DNA of 64,000 nt, from the NCBI GenBank assembly GCA_963845755.1, contig CAWJTV010000036.1, positions 32,001 to 96,000 on the forward strand. Reading direction: 5' to 3'. The stretch comes from an uncultured Planctomycetota bacterium. Lineage in GTDB: Bacteria > Planctomycetota > Planctomycetia > Isosphaerales > Isosphaeraceae. The position numbers were made by a program, and so were the translations under genes. The notes beneath the pieces are model-generated. The model worked only from the letters and a program-made list of their open reading frames with translations. It was not told the origin of the DNA and searched no databases. This document shows positions 12,101 through 23,200 of the stretch, in pieces. How positions within the stretch are numbered: position 1 is the stretch's first letter; the number at the start of each line of letters is the position of its first letter.

Positions 12101-12581
12101 GTACTGCCGGAAACTCACTGACCTGGAGCGCGAAGCAGGCCGGTTGCCCGCCGGGTACGAATACCGCCTCCCGACCGAGGCGGAGTGGGAATACGCCTGT
12201 CGCGCCGGCTCTGACCAGGATTTCAGCGTGCCGGAAGAATGGGCCTGGTCACGGGCCCGCAGTGGTGGCCGGCCGCACGAAGTGGCCGAGTCCCAGCCAA
12301 ACCCCTGGGGCCTGTATGACATGCATGGAAATGCCATGGAATGGTGTATCGATGCCTGGACCGAGTATCCGAAGAGCAAGAACGATGTGACGGTCGATCC
12401 GGTCAAGATCGGCCGGCCCGACAAGGAGACGACCTTCGTTGTCCGCGGCGGGGCCTGGTGGCTCCCTGCGGACCAGTGTACCAGCCAATGGCGCTCCCGG
12501 AATCACAACAACTCCAACGGTTTCCGCGGCTTCCGCATCGTGCTGGGGCCCGAGATCCGAGCCGCCGAGGTGAAGAACTGA
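9168..12581 (+). CDS. Membrane Ser/Thr protein kinase with C-terminal FGE-sulfatase (SUMF1) domain
   Basis: GVGGMGVVY, HRDIKPAN, DFG, GTPDFIAPE; TM segment WWAAAGVLLLGLSGAWWAAIL; YRLPTEAEWEYACRAG, NPWGLYDMHGNAMEW, GFRIV. Confidence 0.93.
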   Translation: MAEIPTADGSWINAAAERFERAWKNGERPRIEEFLIYVPEPQRPLLFQELMRIEGELRRRAGEEPSVEEYRRRFPGQENTVRAVFESPLSATNAADEAEPVGPTRASSVFRPPAGSPPPELANHTDYEIVRELGVGGMGVVYLAHNRLMARHEVLKVIGQQIVEQPGVLDRFLREIRAVARLRHPNVVSAYSAFRCGTSLVFAMEYVEGLDLRRMVKAKGPMPISHACYFVHQAALGLQHAHEEGLVHRDIKPANLMLSHHRNRPVIKVLDFGLSKAVSEQNASELTIGIPSLPMDFGEHLTCTGAMLGTPDFIAPEQIVDSQRADIRADIYSLGCTLYSLLSGHPPYPDRNLQDLLKAHCSLDARPLVDVRAEVPAELSMLVARMMAREPAGRFQEPAEIAEALTPFFKKGSVTVGGAKPDTSQVGHPTAGGPSDATRPGSMLEGLIDLSETDPLFDTILDTSRPEAGPDLLQRGTTAVAKRRRLGPRGWWAAAGVLLLGLSGAWWAAILKTQHGVIVIENVPASAVVEIDGDRLRRSRTGGEPIQIEARAGKHVVLVKRGDDVLLGESVVLPSGKQLKLSVRLDPPAAAQTTRADTAKGPSPPGRPTANESTDVESSTPSPSSPTTVLSNADRKLAQDTTKVGGPKVAETEPAVARSNGPRTPAPPVAAIDGPYPFRLETNGLGGRRFIDPVRFGPDALGFNEGSANTAPWATNDAFARLTTKGTLGYPQLPVSRYVFEVELTLNKGGDVNFQLGDPFQASHLEFRWNPKQEMTECKLVQWYNDVAYHGPGRSFTTGMRIKLRVVVGDGWQTLFHEDNRVVSTFAWPADCCLRIRSDNPDSAVIHRCSLRPLTVQDLAACEWPIAPSHLTLDARETAERLALILARYPARPRAGRRFALKTTNTPMAWIPPGEFEMGSRDPKDEGRHRVRLTKGYWMAQIEVTQREYNKVTGANPSRFAGSPYLPVDWVAWDQAAAYCRKLTDLEREAGRLPAGYEYRLPTEAEWEYACRAGSDQDFSVPEEWAWSRARSGGRPHEVAESQPNPWGLYDMHGNAMEWCIDAWTEYPKSKNDVTVDPVKIGRPDKETTFVVRGGAWWLPADQCTSQWRSRNHNNSNGFRGFRIVLGPEIRAAEVKN

Positions 12582-14641
12582 AACCCTCCGGCCCACGAGC
12601 CGTCATGGACCTCCGCTCCGGAAGTGAACTCGTCAGCACGGAGGTTTCCACTGTCGTCAGCGCGCTTTGGTCGGATCGACGAATGGGTCGCCGTGGCTAA
12701 GGTTTGTCTGGTCTTGTCGGGAGTGCCCCGACCCCGCTGGAAGAAGGCGGGTCAAACGTTCCGCTGACCTTCAACCGAAAGGATCGAGGGGACAACAGCA
12801 TGCGGAAGAAGCGACGTGAGGCCCAGCGTCAAAGGGCCGAGAGACGTTCGCAAGTTAGGCCACGCATGGGTAAGGCTGGATTGCTTGAACTCCAGTCCCA
12901 GTGGGTGTGCTCGATCACCGCCGGGAATGACGCTGAAACCCGGATTCCTGTCTCACGGGGGCATGCCATTCACCTCCGTGATCTTCCGGCAGGACACACC
13001 CTGCAATGAGCAGGGGCAAGGGATGAACGGAGGCCCTCAACGTGGACCGGACCTGACCGACAACCACGGGATCGCCTAACGGCAGCAATGCCCAAGGCGA
13101 CAGAGTCCCCGTAGTAGGCATCGGCCCAAGGGGGACAGGACACAGGGCTTCACCAAGAAAGGGGTGACTCGGATGAGTCATTCAGCCCTACTCAGGCTTG
13201 AAGCACTGCGGAAGTGCAACACGGACCTCAACTGGGTCAACGCGGATCTGTATCGACTCCTCTACAAGACGGATCTCTACATCGTCGCGTATGAGAAAAT
13301 CAAATCCGCTCCCGGGAACTTGACTCCTGGCACCGACGGGATGACTCTCGATGGGTTCTCCATGGATGCCATCGACGACATCGTGGCGACCCTGCGAGAC
13401 GAGGGTTTCCAATTCAAGCCTTCGCGGCGGGAATACATTCCCAAGGCAAATGGCAAGATGCGGCCTCTCGGCATCTCATCCCCAAGGGACAAGATCGTCC
13501 AAGAGGTCATCCATGTGATCCTCGAAGCGATCTACGACAGTCCGAAAGGGCCTACCTTTAGCGACTGTAGCCATGGTTTTCGGCCTGGTCGAGGGACTCA
13601 CACGGCCCTGCATGAGTTCAGGACCAAGTGGTCTGGTGTGACGTGGATCATCGAAGGGGATATAAAATCCTGCTTCGACGAGATCGATCACCACGTCCTG
13701 GTTTCCCTGATCCGGAAGAGGATCTCGGACGAACGCTTCATCGGCCTGATCTGGAAAGCACTCCGGGCAGGCTACCTATGGAGGAAGGAACCGGGGGCCT
13801 CGTTTATCGGGACCCCGCAGGGGAGCGTGGCCAGCCCTATCCTCGCCAACATCTACCTGCACGAACTCGACCTCTTCGTCGAGGGACTACAGCAGAAGTA
13901 CGAGAAGGGCAGCAAGCGGAAGGACAGCCCCGAGTATCACCGGATCAACTATCGCAGGCAGCGAGCGTTGAAACGGTCAGGTGGGATCATGACGCCGGAG
14001 ATTCGCGCTTTGACGAAACAGATGCGATCTCTCCCGTCGATGGACACGTTTGACCCTGGCTTCGTCAGAGTCAAATACATCAGATATGCAGACGATTGGA
14101 TCGTCGGCGTCACGGGGCCGAGGTCCCTGGCCGAACAGATCAAGGACGAGATTCAGGCGTTCCTATGGGACAGGCTGAAACTGCAACTCAGCCAGGAAAA
14201 GACGGTCGTCACTCACGCCAAGACCGAGGAGGCCTTCTTTCTCGGGACGCGGCTTCAGGTGGGGGCCGTCAACCCACAGCCCAAGGTTACCCACTGCCAC
14301 AACCAACGGCGGCACTACCGGCGCCGGTGTACGGGGTGGAGCCCGCTGATGCGAGCGCCGATCAGGAAACTGGTCAAGCGTCTTCACCAGAAGGGCTTCT
14401 GTGACGGTGAGGGCATCGCCCGATCCAAGACAGCGTGGGTCTGCCTGGAGGTGAAGCACATCATCGAACTGTTCAACAGCACCAATTGGGGGCTGTTGAA
14501 CTACTACAGTGATTAGCGACAATTAGATTTCCTTGTCGACGACAATTAGAATTCCCTACTCGGCCATAGTGTACAAGCCCCTGGGATTCTGGCCAATTGA
14601 CCATCCCTCTCGCCTCTGGGATCAACCATTCCTGCGCTCGT

Positions 14642-15419
14642 TCATCCCTCCTCTCGTGCGTCTGTCGGTTCCACCGGCTTTTGACGCGACTTCTTGGCCT
14701 GCTCGGCTCGGTAGCTCGGAACGTTCAACTCCACGATCACGCTATGGTGCACCAGCCGGTCGATGGCGGCGGCGGTCGTCATCGGATCCTTGAAGATCGC
14801 CTCCCATCCCGAAAACGGCAGGTTGCTCGTCAGCATCACGCTCCCGCGCTCGTACCGTTCCGCCAGCAGGTTGAAGAGCACCTCCATCTCGTCCCGGCTG
14901 TATTGTACGTATCCAATATCGTCAAGGATCAGCACCTCATATCGGGAAATCTTCTTGAGAAAACCGCGCAGCTTCAGGTTGTGCTTCGCGGCCAACAGAT
15001 CTTGAACCATCAAGCGGCACGTCGCGAACATCACCTTCCGCCCCGAGCGGATCAGTTCCTGCCCGATCGCGCACGCCACGTGGCTCTTGCCACTGCCGGG
15101 ATTCCCGAATATGAGCACATTGTCATTTCGTCCAACAAAATCGCCTTCGAGCAGAGTTCTGACCTGCTGCGCCGCCTTGGACGGCAGTCGCTTCAGGTCC
15201 AGGCTTGACAGGTTCTTTTCCATGAACAGCCTCGATTCTCGCAACAACCGCTCGACCCGGTGGGAACGCCGCGACTCGCACTCGCGCTCCGCCAGATCCA
15301 GGAGGTAACGTTCGTAACTGGTTCGACTCCTGACGGGCTCGTGCCGCCGCCGATTCGTACGCCTGCCGGATCGTCGGCAGGTGGAGCTCGCGAAGGCAGT
15401 CCGTCAGAGACTCATGCAC
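14642..15419 (-). CDS. istB: IS21 helper ATPase IstB (frameshift near 15320)
   Basis: GNPGSGKS Walker A, LILDDIG Walker B, TSNLPFSGW, AAIDRLVHH. Confidence 0.92.
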
Positions 15420-16914
15420 ATCGATTGGCTTACTGATGGAATATCCTCCCTGGTCTCGAGTAACAGGTCGTACATCGACAAATCCACCGTCGTGACGACC
15501 ACCTCCATCGCGCGAGGCAGGCCCAGGTCGTGACCCAGGTGCTCCGTGACGACGGTCGGGGTGATCGGCATGTTCCCGTCCAAGAGCCGGCCCAGGACGG
15601 CGTTGACCCCGACTTCCGACTCCTTCGCCGCCAACTCCAGGATCCGGAGATAATCCTTGGTGGCGCGGGCCGGGCTTTGTGCCAGCAAGACGTCGTAGGC
15701 TCGGCGAAACCGGCCGGTTGGGAACATCGCGTCCCGGTGCCGATAGGCCGCGAACGCCCCCGGCTTGCGCACCAACCAGTCGATCACGTGCCGATAGTTA
15801 ATCACGTGTTTGTTGTGGCCGCGCTGCCGAGGGACCCTTTCAATCAGCGCCCGCCGTGCCACACCTCCAGGCATTCCGCCATCACATGGACATCGACCTG
15901 TTCACCGATGAGTCGGCTCGGCACCGAGTAGGTGTTGGAGCCAACCCGGATCGTACTCCCCTGGGTGACCCGCACCCGGCGCCGGTGCCAGGCGTCCACC
16001 CGCCGCGAGGGGAGGTCCTTCAGCAACAGTCGTTCCTCGGTGAACCGCGGGATCCGTCCGCTGTTGCGCTGAGCGAAGACCTGGCGAAGGAACAGCTCGT
16101 AGGCTGCTCGGTCGGCGAAATCGCGGCCGCTGCGCAACATCAGGGCCTGATCCATCGCTTGTTTGAACCGGTTATGACTCTGTTCGGCGTCTCCGTTCTG
16201 GTTGGCCTTACCAGCCTGGATGGCTTGAGGTGCCATGCCATAGTGGGCCATCAAGGCGCGGTATCGTTGCTGGAACAAGTCCCGATCGCCGAGGTTGTTG
16301 ACCGCGGCCGTGAGCCGATCGGTGCGATGAGTCTGGGGAACCCCTCCCAGTTCCCAAAGGGCGTTCTGGAGCCCCTGGCTGAGGCTCTCGAAACTTTCGG
16401 AGAAACAGACGGTGCCGGTCTCCCAGTTGGAGTAGGTCAGAACGAAGTGATAGACCAGGTGATCGAACGATTGGCCAGCGAGTGTGACCTGCAAATCGTT
16501 CAGGGAAGTGAAGTCGGAGGCGCCGAACGCGCCGGGCGTGTGGATCTGATCGAAGAAAACCTCCTTGGGTGGACCGTCGGTGGCCCGCCACGCTTTGATC
16601 TTCCGTTGCAAGGTCCGGAGCTGGCCGTCGGGGAACCGGCCCGGGAAGCGATGCTGAAGATCCTCAAACAGGGTCTTGGCTTGGAGCCCCGGGTTGAGCA
16701 CCAGCCGATCGTGGAGTTCCGGCCAGACTTCCTGGAACGGATCCTCCCGGGTCCGCCAGGTCTTGGGAGTCCACGATTCACTGGGCAGGCGATCCGAGTC
16801 TCGGTACTTTTGAGCGGTCTTGGCGTCCATACCCACCTTCCAAGCCGCACGGTAGAGCGGCATTCCCTCGCCGAGAAGCTGGCGAAGCTTGAGAACCTGG
16901 ATGTCCTTGGTCAT
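15404..16914 (-). CDS. istA: IS21 transposase IstA (frameshift near 15850)
   Basis: DFT, HRTDRL, NGDAE DDE-type motifs; YSVPSRLIG; continues as NYRHVIDWLVRKPGAF. Confidence 0.92.
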
Positions 16915-17961
16915 GGTGGTTGCCTCCTGACCGAGGAGGAAACCACGTAGTGAACAACCAAGCGAGAGGAGGCGGGAATTCTGATTGTCGCTGGGCGGGA
17001 ATTCTAATTGTCGCTAATCAACTACAGGTTTGCTGACAACTTCGCCTCCATGAGCCGTATCCAGTACATCCTGCATTTGTCACTTGCGAAGACCTTAGCC
17101 CACAAGTTGCAGAAGCCCGTTAAGCAGCTCCTCTGCGAACACGGACGCACTCTGCAATTCAACTGGAAAGACGGCGAGGGGAAGGAACGGAACACCTTCT
17201 TCAAAGCCAACTCCGACTGGACCCGGAACCCCACGGCATTTCTAACGGGAAGAGATCAAACCGACCCACTGGAGATGCACGTCCGATTCCGGACAAGGTC
17301 CCGCCTGGACCACCCATGCATCATCTGCGAAACAACGGTCGGGGTGCAGATGCACCACGTCCGTCACATCCGAAAGATGGAGGGCAAACCTGTCGGTGGG
17401 TTTGCCTGGCTGATGCGACTCCAGAACCGGAAGCAAGTGCCCGTCTGCCGAGAGTGCCACCGTAAGATCCACCGAGGAGAATATGATGGCCTCCGACTGG
17501 CGGACCTGGCATACCGGGTTGGACCGTGACACAAATGTAGATCCTGTGTCTGGAGAGCCGGATGCACGAAAACGTGCCTGTCCGGTTCGGGAGGGGGCGG
17601 TTGGATTCCCTTGAGATCAAGGGGCTGGCCGCCTACCTCATCACGAGCTTAGCGGCAAATCGATTCTGATAAAGGCTTTGTACCTGAAGGATCGGCTTCT
17701 CGCGGGAATTATATTAATATTGTCAATAATTGTTAGTAGACTAGGCGGGAAAATAGGGTTCCGATGGAGACCCCGGGAATAAAGCCCAAGGAGCAGGAAA
17801 AGCCCGTGTTTGCAAGTTCAAGCCCGACAGCGATTTGCGCCTATGCTAGTGCCATTCGTCGGGTCGACCGATGCTCCGGACAGTCGCCTTGCGTGCGTCG
17901 GTCTGATCGACTGCGGTGTTGTCGGCCCGGGCGCCGAACGTGACCTGCGCGGCGACGGCGA

Positions 17962-19029
17962 TCAGAAGGTCGGGATGATCCGGGCGCGGCGATACTCGTC
18001 GAACCGCCTCAAGAAGCCCTCCAGCGTATCGGGGTGCCGGGTGAAGCCGGCCCGGCGGATCTTGCCGAGTGCCAGCACGATGTCGTACTCGATCGCGAAC
18101 ATGAACTCGAGGAAGCCCCAGTTCACGAGCGACCCGAGTTCGGGCTGGGCGAGCCCATATTTCGCCGCCATATCCCTCCAGAGCGGAGCCAGCTCCGGCA
18201 TGAAGGAGGACAGCGGTATCGGGCGCGGGCCGCCGGTGGGGACCCCGAAGTAGTCCGCGAACGCGGGCCAGAGGTGTGACCACCGCGTCGGGTCGCCGTT
18301 GGCGACGTTGAAGACCTCGCCCGCCGCCTGCGGCGTCACCGCCGACCAAGCGGACGCCTCGGCGAGCTGCTCGGCGTTGACGACCTGGGTCATGGTGCCG
18401 AAGGCCGCCGCGGAACCCGGGAAATCGAGGCGGAGCCCGGCCGCGCGGACGAGCGACGCGTAGACGGCGACCGACAGAGCCAGGTTCATCGGGTTGCCGG
18501 TGGCGAAGCCGGTCAGGTGGGTCGGGACCAGGTGGGTCCAGCGCCAGGTGGCATCGCGGCGCGACCGCAGGTAGTCCTCCTGGTCGTAGTAGAAGTTCGG
18601 CCCGAGGTGCCGCGGCTCGGTCTCCGCGGCGGGCGCCGCAGACGGGCCGAGGTGGACGCCGTAGTACTTGGCCCCGGTGATGAGTGTGACGTGCTGCAAG
18701 GGGGCGCCGACGGCCTCCAGCCCCTCGACCGCGTTGACCAGCAACTCGCGGTTCGGCCCGACCTCCGCCGCCCAGTTCGCCTGGGGCAGGTAGGCCGCGA
18801 AGAACAGGTGGGTCGCGCCGGCGGCGGGGGCCAGTCGCCGGCGGGCTTCCTCCGAGTCGCGCAGGTCGACGGCGATGGCCTCGTCGACGCCGGGGACGGT
18901 GCCCCCGGACCGCGTGACCCCGAGCACACGCCATCCGCCAAGCCCGGCGAGCTTCGCCGCGATCGCCCGGCCGATGATTCCAGTCGCGCCCACCACCACA
19001 GCGGTGCGCGTCGTCGATTCGTTCGGCAT
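17962..19029 (-). CDS. Atypical SDR, progesterone 5-beta-reductase/iridoid synthase (PRISE)-like
   Basis: VVGATGIIG, TGAKYYG, NFYYDQED, FNVANGD motifs. Confidence 0.85.
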   Translation of the reverse strand: MPNESTTRTAVVVGATGIIGRAIAAKLAGLGGWRVLGVTRSGGTVPGVDEAIAVDLRDSEEARRRLAPAAGATHLFFAAYLPQANWAAEVGPNRELLVNAVEGLEAVGAPLQHVTLITGAKYYGVHLGPSAAPAAETEPRHLGPNFYYDQEDYLRSRRDATWRWTHLVPTHLTGFATGNPMNLALSVAVYASLVRAAGLRLDFPGSAAAFGTMTQVVNAEQLAEASAWSAVTPQAAGEVFNVANGDPTRWSHLWPAFADYFGVPTGGPRPIPLSSFMPELAPLWRDMAAKYGLAQPELGSLVNWGFLEFMFAIEYDIVLALGKIRRAGFTRHPDTLEGFLRRFDEYRRARIIPTF

Positions 19030-19058
19030 GATTCGTGACCCTCCGCTGACGGCGCCGG

Positions 19059-19163
19059 TCACCCTGGCGATACGACCGAGACCCTGGCCTCGGCGATCCC
19101 CTCGCCGACGCCCCTGGACGCCCCGGTCACCACCTCCACCTTGCCCGCAAGTCGGTCGGACAT
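19059..19163 (-). pseudogene. Internally deleted SDR remnant
   Basis: MSDRLAGKVEVVTGASRGVGEGIA joined directly to RVSVVSPG*; AAGGAGG RBS upstream. Confidence 0.6.
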
Positions 19164-19186
19164 GTCGGTCTGCCTCCTTGAGTTTT

Positions 19187-19204
19187 CTGTACCGTGCGGT
19201 ACAG
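19187..19204. promoter_or_regulatory. Probable TetR operator palindrome
   Basis: CTGTACCG-TG-CGGTACAG between the divergent TetR and SDR genes. Confidence 0.7.
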
Positions 19205-19261
19205 TGAAAGTGTACGGGGCCCGTCAAGGGCCAGCAAGACAATTCTCGATGGGAGGTCGGC

Positions 19262-19848
<587 letters not shown>

Positions 19849-20177
19849 CCGCTCGCGGCCCTCCGTCCAAGACGACTCGGCCCCGCGGAGAGCTTCCATG
19901 AGGGCTGGGGGCCGTTCGGGTGGCAGATTCGCGAGTCGTTACCAATGGCACTCGGATCAGGACTGGAGGGCGGGAGGGCGGGACTTTCGGCAGATTCTTC
20001 TCGAAAGGCAGTCCTGCTGGCCATACCATTAAGGACGGCCCTCAGGTGGTCCAATCCCAGGGGCGCACTTCAAGTGGACGGCGCCCTGGTGTTGGCCTTC
20101 TGACAAGGGGGCCTGGCACAGATTCGTCAGGAAGTCAGCGTAATTCGTTCAGATCAGACAGCTCCGCACCGATCGAT

Positions 20178-20209
20178 TCACCCCGGGGCGCGGAGCGCCC
20201 CCGGGGTGA
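20178..20209 (-). terminator. GC-rich hairpin downstream of the repeat-protein gene
   Basis: TCACCCCGGGGCGC-GGA-GCGCCCCCGGGGTGA about 15 nt after the stop at 20224. Confidence 0.6.
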
Positions 20210-20223
20210 GAGTCGATGCGGAG

Positions 20224-23200
20224 CTAGTTGATTTGAGTACCGTTGTCCTTCACCACCACACCGGTGACACTCGCAAGCGCATTGGTGGATACAATCCACG
20301 AAACGCGGCCGACGGCCGTCGAGATGTTGACAGGGCTGCTGGTGTCGGCGAACTTGAAGTTGATCGCCGCCGGAGCCAGCCCGGTGATCGAGCCCCAGTT
20401 CGCGCCGGCCGAGGCGAACGTGCTCAGCGTCGCGAACCTCGCCGTTGCGTCGGCCGAGTCGTTGATGTTGAGCGTCGTGAAGTTGGGCGGGTTCTGGATG
20501 TTCAGGGCGCCGAGGATGCCCTGCACGCTGCCGGCGTTGCCCACGTTGACCGTGTCATGCCCGCCGAACGAGCTCAGGTTGGTCGTCACGCCGGTGGCGA
20601 GCACGTTGACCGTGTCGTTGCCCGAGCCGGTCAGGATGGACAGGCTCGTGGTGTCGGCGTACTTGAAGTTGATTGCGGCCGGAGCCAGGCCGGTGATCGA
20701 GCCCCAGTTCGCACCGCCGGAGACGACCGTGCTCAGGGTCGCGGTCCGCGCCACGGTGTTCGACCGAGTCGTTGACGTTGATCGTGTCGAAGCTAGGCGG
20801 GTTCTGGATGGTCACGGCGCCCCGGATATCCTGCAGGTTGCCGAAGTTGCCCACGTTGATAATGTCACGACCTCCGCTGGTGCTCAGGTTGGTCGCGACG
20901 CCGGTCTGGAACACGAAGACCGTGTCGTTGCCCGAGCCGGTCGTGAGGTTCACGCCGCTGGTGCCGGAGTAACTGTACTCGATCAGCGCCGGAGCCAGCC
21001 CGCCGATCGCGCCCAGGTTCGGGCCGTTGTTGCTCAGCCCCACGCCCCGCCCCGTCGCGTCGGCCGAGTCGTTGACGTTGACCGTGTCGGTGCTGTGCAG
21101 GTTCTGGATGATCAGGGTGCCGGTGATGCCCTGCACACTGCCGGCGTTGCCCACATTGACCGTGTCGTGCCCGCCGCTGGTGCTCAGGTTGGTCGTCCTG
21201 CCGGTGGCGAGGACGTTGACCGTGTCGGCGCCCGAGCCGGTCGTGACGTTCACGTTACTGGTGTCGGCGTACTTGTAGACGATCGACGCCGGGGCCAGCC
21301 CGATGATCGAGCCCCAGTCGAATCCGCCCGAGTTAAACGTGCTCAAGGTCGCGGTCCGCGCCACGGTGTCGGTCGAGTCGTCGACGTGGACCGAAGTGAA
21401 GCCGCCCGGGTTCTGGATGGTCAGGGCGCCGAGGATGCCCTGCGCGCTGCCGGCGTTACCCACGTTGACCGTGTCGTTGCCGCCGAGAGTGCTCAGGTTG
21501 GTCACTACTCCCGTGGCGCGTACGTTGACCGTGTCGTCGGCGAAGCCGGTCGTGAGATTCACGCCGCTGGTGTCGGCATATTTATATTTGATCGCCGCGG
21601 GAGCCAGACCGGTGATCGAGCCGAAGTTCGCCCCGCCCGAGACGAACGTGCTCAAAGTCACGTTCCGAGCCACGCCGTCCTCCGAGTCGTCGATATTGAT
21701 CGTGTCGAAGCTGGGCGGGTTCTGGATCGTCAGTGCCCCGAGGATACCCTGCACACTTCCGGCGTTGCCCACGTTCACCGTGTCGCCGCCGAGGTTGGAG
21801 CTCAGGCTGGTCGGCACGCCGGTGGCGAGCACATTGATCGTGGTGCCGTTGGCCAGGCCCGTCGTGATGTTCACGCCGCTGGTGTCGATGTACTTGTAGT
21901 CGATCGCCGCAGGTGCCAGCCCGGTGATTGAGCCCCAGTTCGCGCCGCCCGAGGTGAACGTGTTCAGCACGACAGTCCGCGCCGTCGCATCGACCGCGTC
22001 GTTGACGTTGATCGTGTCCGTGCTGGGCGGATTCTGGATGGTCAGGACACCGAGGATGCCTTGAAGACTGCCGGCATTGCCGACGTTGACCGTGTCGTGC
22101 CCGCCACTGGTGCTCAGGTTGGTCGCGACGCCGGTGGCGAGCACGTTGACCGTGTCGTTCCCCACGCCGGTCCTGACGTTCAAGCTGCTGATGTCGAAGT
22201 TGCTGAAGTCGATCGTCGCCGGCGCCAGCCCGGTGATCACGCTCCAGTTCTGGATGCCCGAGTCGGAGGTGTTCAAGGTCACGGTCCGCGCCACGGTATC
22301 GGCCGAGTCGTCGACGTTGAGCGTGGTGAAGCTAGGCGGGTTCTGGACGCTCAAGGCACCGCGGATGTTCTGCATGGTGCCGTTGCCGACGTTGACCGTG
22401 TCGCGCCCGCCGCTACTGCTCAAGCTGGTCGCCACGCCGGTGGCGAGGACGTTGACCGTGTCGGCAGCCGAGCCGGTCGTGAGGTTCACGCCGCTGGTGC
22501 CGACGAACTTGTAGTCGATCTCCGCCGCCAGCCCGGTGATCGAGCCGAAGTTGGCACCGCCCGAGACGAACGTGTTCAAGACCACGGTCCGCGCCACGGT
22601 GTCCGCCGAGTCGTTGACGTTGATCGTGTCGGAGCCGTGCGGGTTCTGGACGCTCAGAGGCATGAGGATGCCTCGCTGGCTGCCGGCGTTGCCCACGTTG
22701 ACCGTGTCGTTGCCGCCCCCGGAACTCAGGCCGGTCACCGCGTCGATGGCGAGCACGTTGACCGTATCGGCGGCCCTGCCGGTCGTGATGTTCGCGGCGA
22801 TGGTGTCGGCGTCCTTGTAGTTGATCGCGGCCGGGGCCAGCCCGGTGATCGAGTCCCAGTTGAAGCCGTCTACGACGAACGTGCTCAGACTCACGGTCCG
22901 CGCCACGGTGTCGGCCGAGTCGTTGACGTTGACCGTGTTGACGAAGGGCGGGTTCTGGACGCTCAGGGCGCCGAGGATGCCCTGCACGCTGCCGGCGTTG
23001 CCCACGTTGACCGTGTCGTGTCCCCCGAGGCTGCTCAAATTGGTCGCGACGCCGGTAGCGCGGCACGTTGACCGTGTCGGCGGCCGAGCCGGTCGTGACG
23101 TTCACGCTGCTGATGTCGGCGTACTTGTAATTGATCGCGGCCGGAGCCAGCCCGGTGATCGTGCCGAAGTTGGCCCCGCCTGAGACGAACGTGCTCAAGG

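Larger units (their letters stand above)
14510..17020 (-). mobile_element. IS21-family insertion sequence (2511 bp)
   Basis: Perfect 18-bp IRs TGATTAGCGACAATTAGA / TCTAATTGTCGCTAATCA, internal repeated end motifs, 7-bp TSD ACTACAG (14503-14509, 17021-17027), istA-istB pair. Confidence 0.96.
13164..17529 (+). pseudogene. ltrA: Group II intron reverse transcriptase/maturase with HNH endonuclease, interrupted by IS21
   Basis: TPGTDG, RPLGI, SHGFRPGR, GDIKSCFD, PQG, YIRYADD; after the IS, X-domain remainder and CIIC...MHHVRHIRK...VCRECHRKIH. Removing the IS plus one TSD restores LNYY-R-FADNF (~615 aa). Confidence 0.93.
12702..17641 (+). mobile_element. Group II intron (IIA, ML-like) containing an IS21 insertion
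   Basis: Domain V GAGCCGGATGCACGAAAACGTGCCTGTCCGGTTC (~17555-17588); domain VI with bulged A 7 nt before terminal AT (17641); domain III-like ACGGGATCGCC...GGCGACAGAGTCCCCGT (~13066-13112); putative EBS2/EBS1 complementary to the exon ending at 12701. 3' end firm, 5' end inferred. Confidence 0.85.

Noticed and set aside
12723..12730. GTGCC as the intron 5' end
   Set aside because: Closer to the consensus, but I found no EBS match to the preceding bases, whereas 12702 gives EBS1/EBS2 pairing and restores a hairpin; kept only as an alternative
13164..14516. Retron, DGR or defence-associated RT
   Set aside because: YADD RT continues after the IS into X and HNH domains followed by intron domains V and VI; no template/variable repeat pair seen for the neighbouring FGE-domain gene
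15300..15860. Programmed frameshifting in istA/istB
   Set aside because: No slippery motif at the sites, and similar indels occur throughout the window
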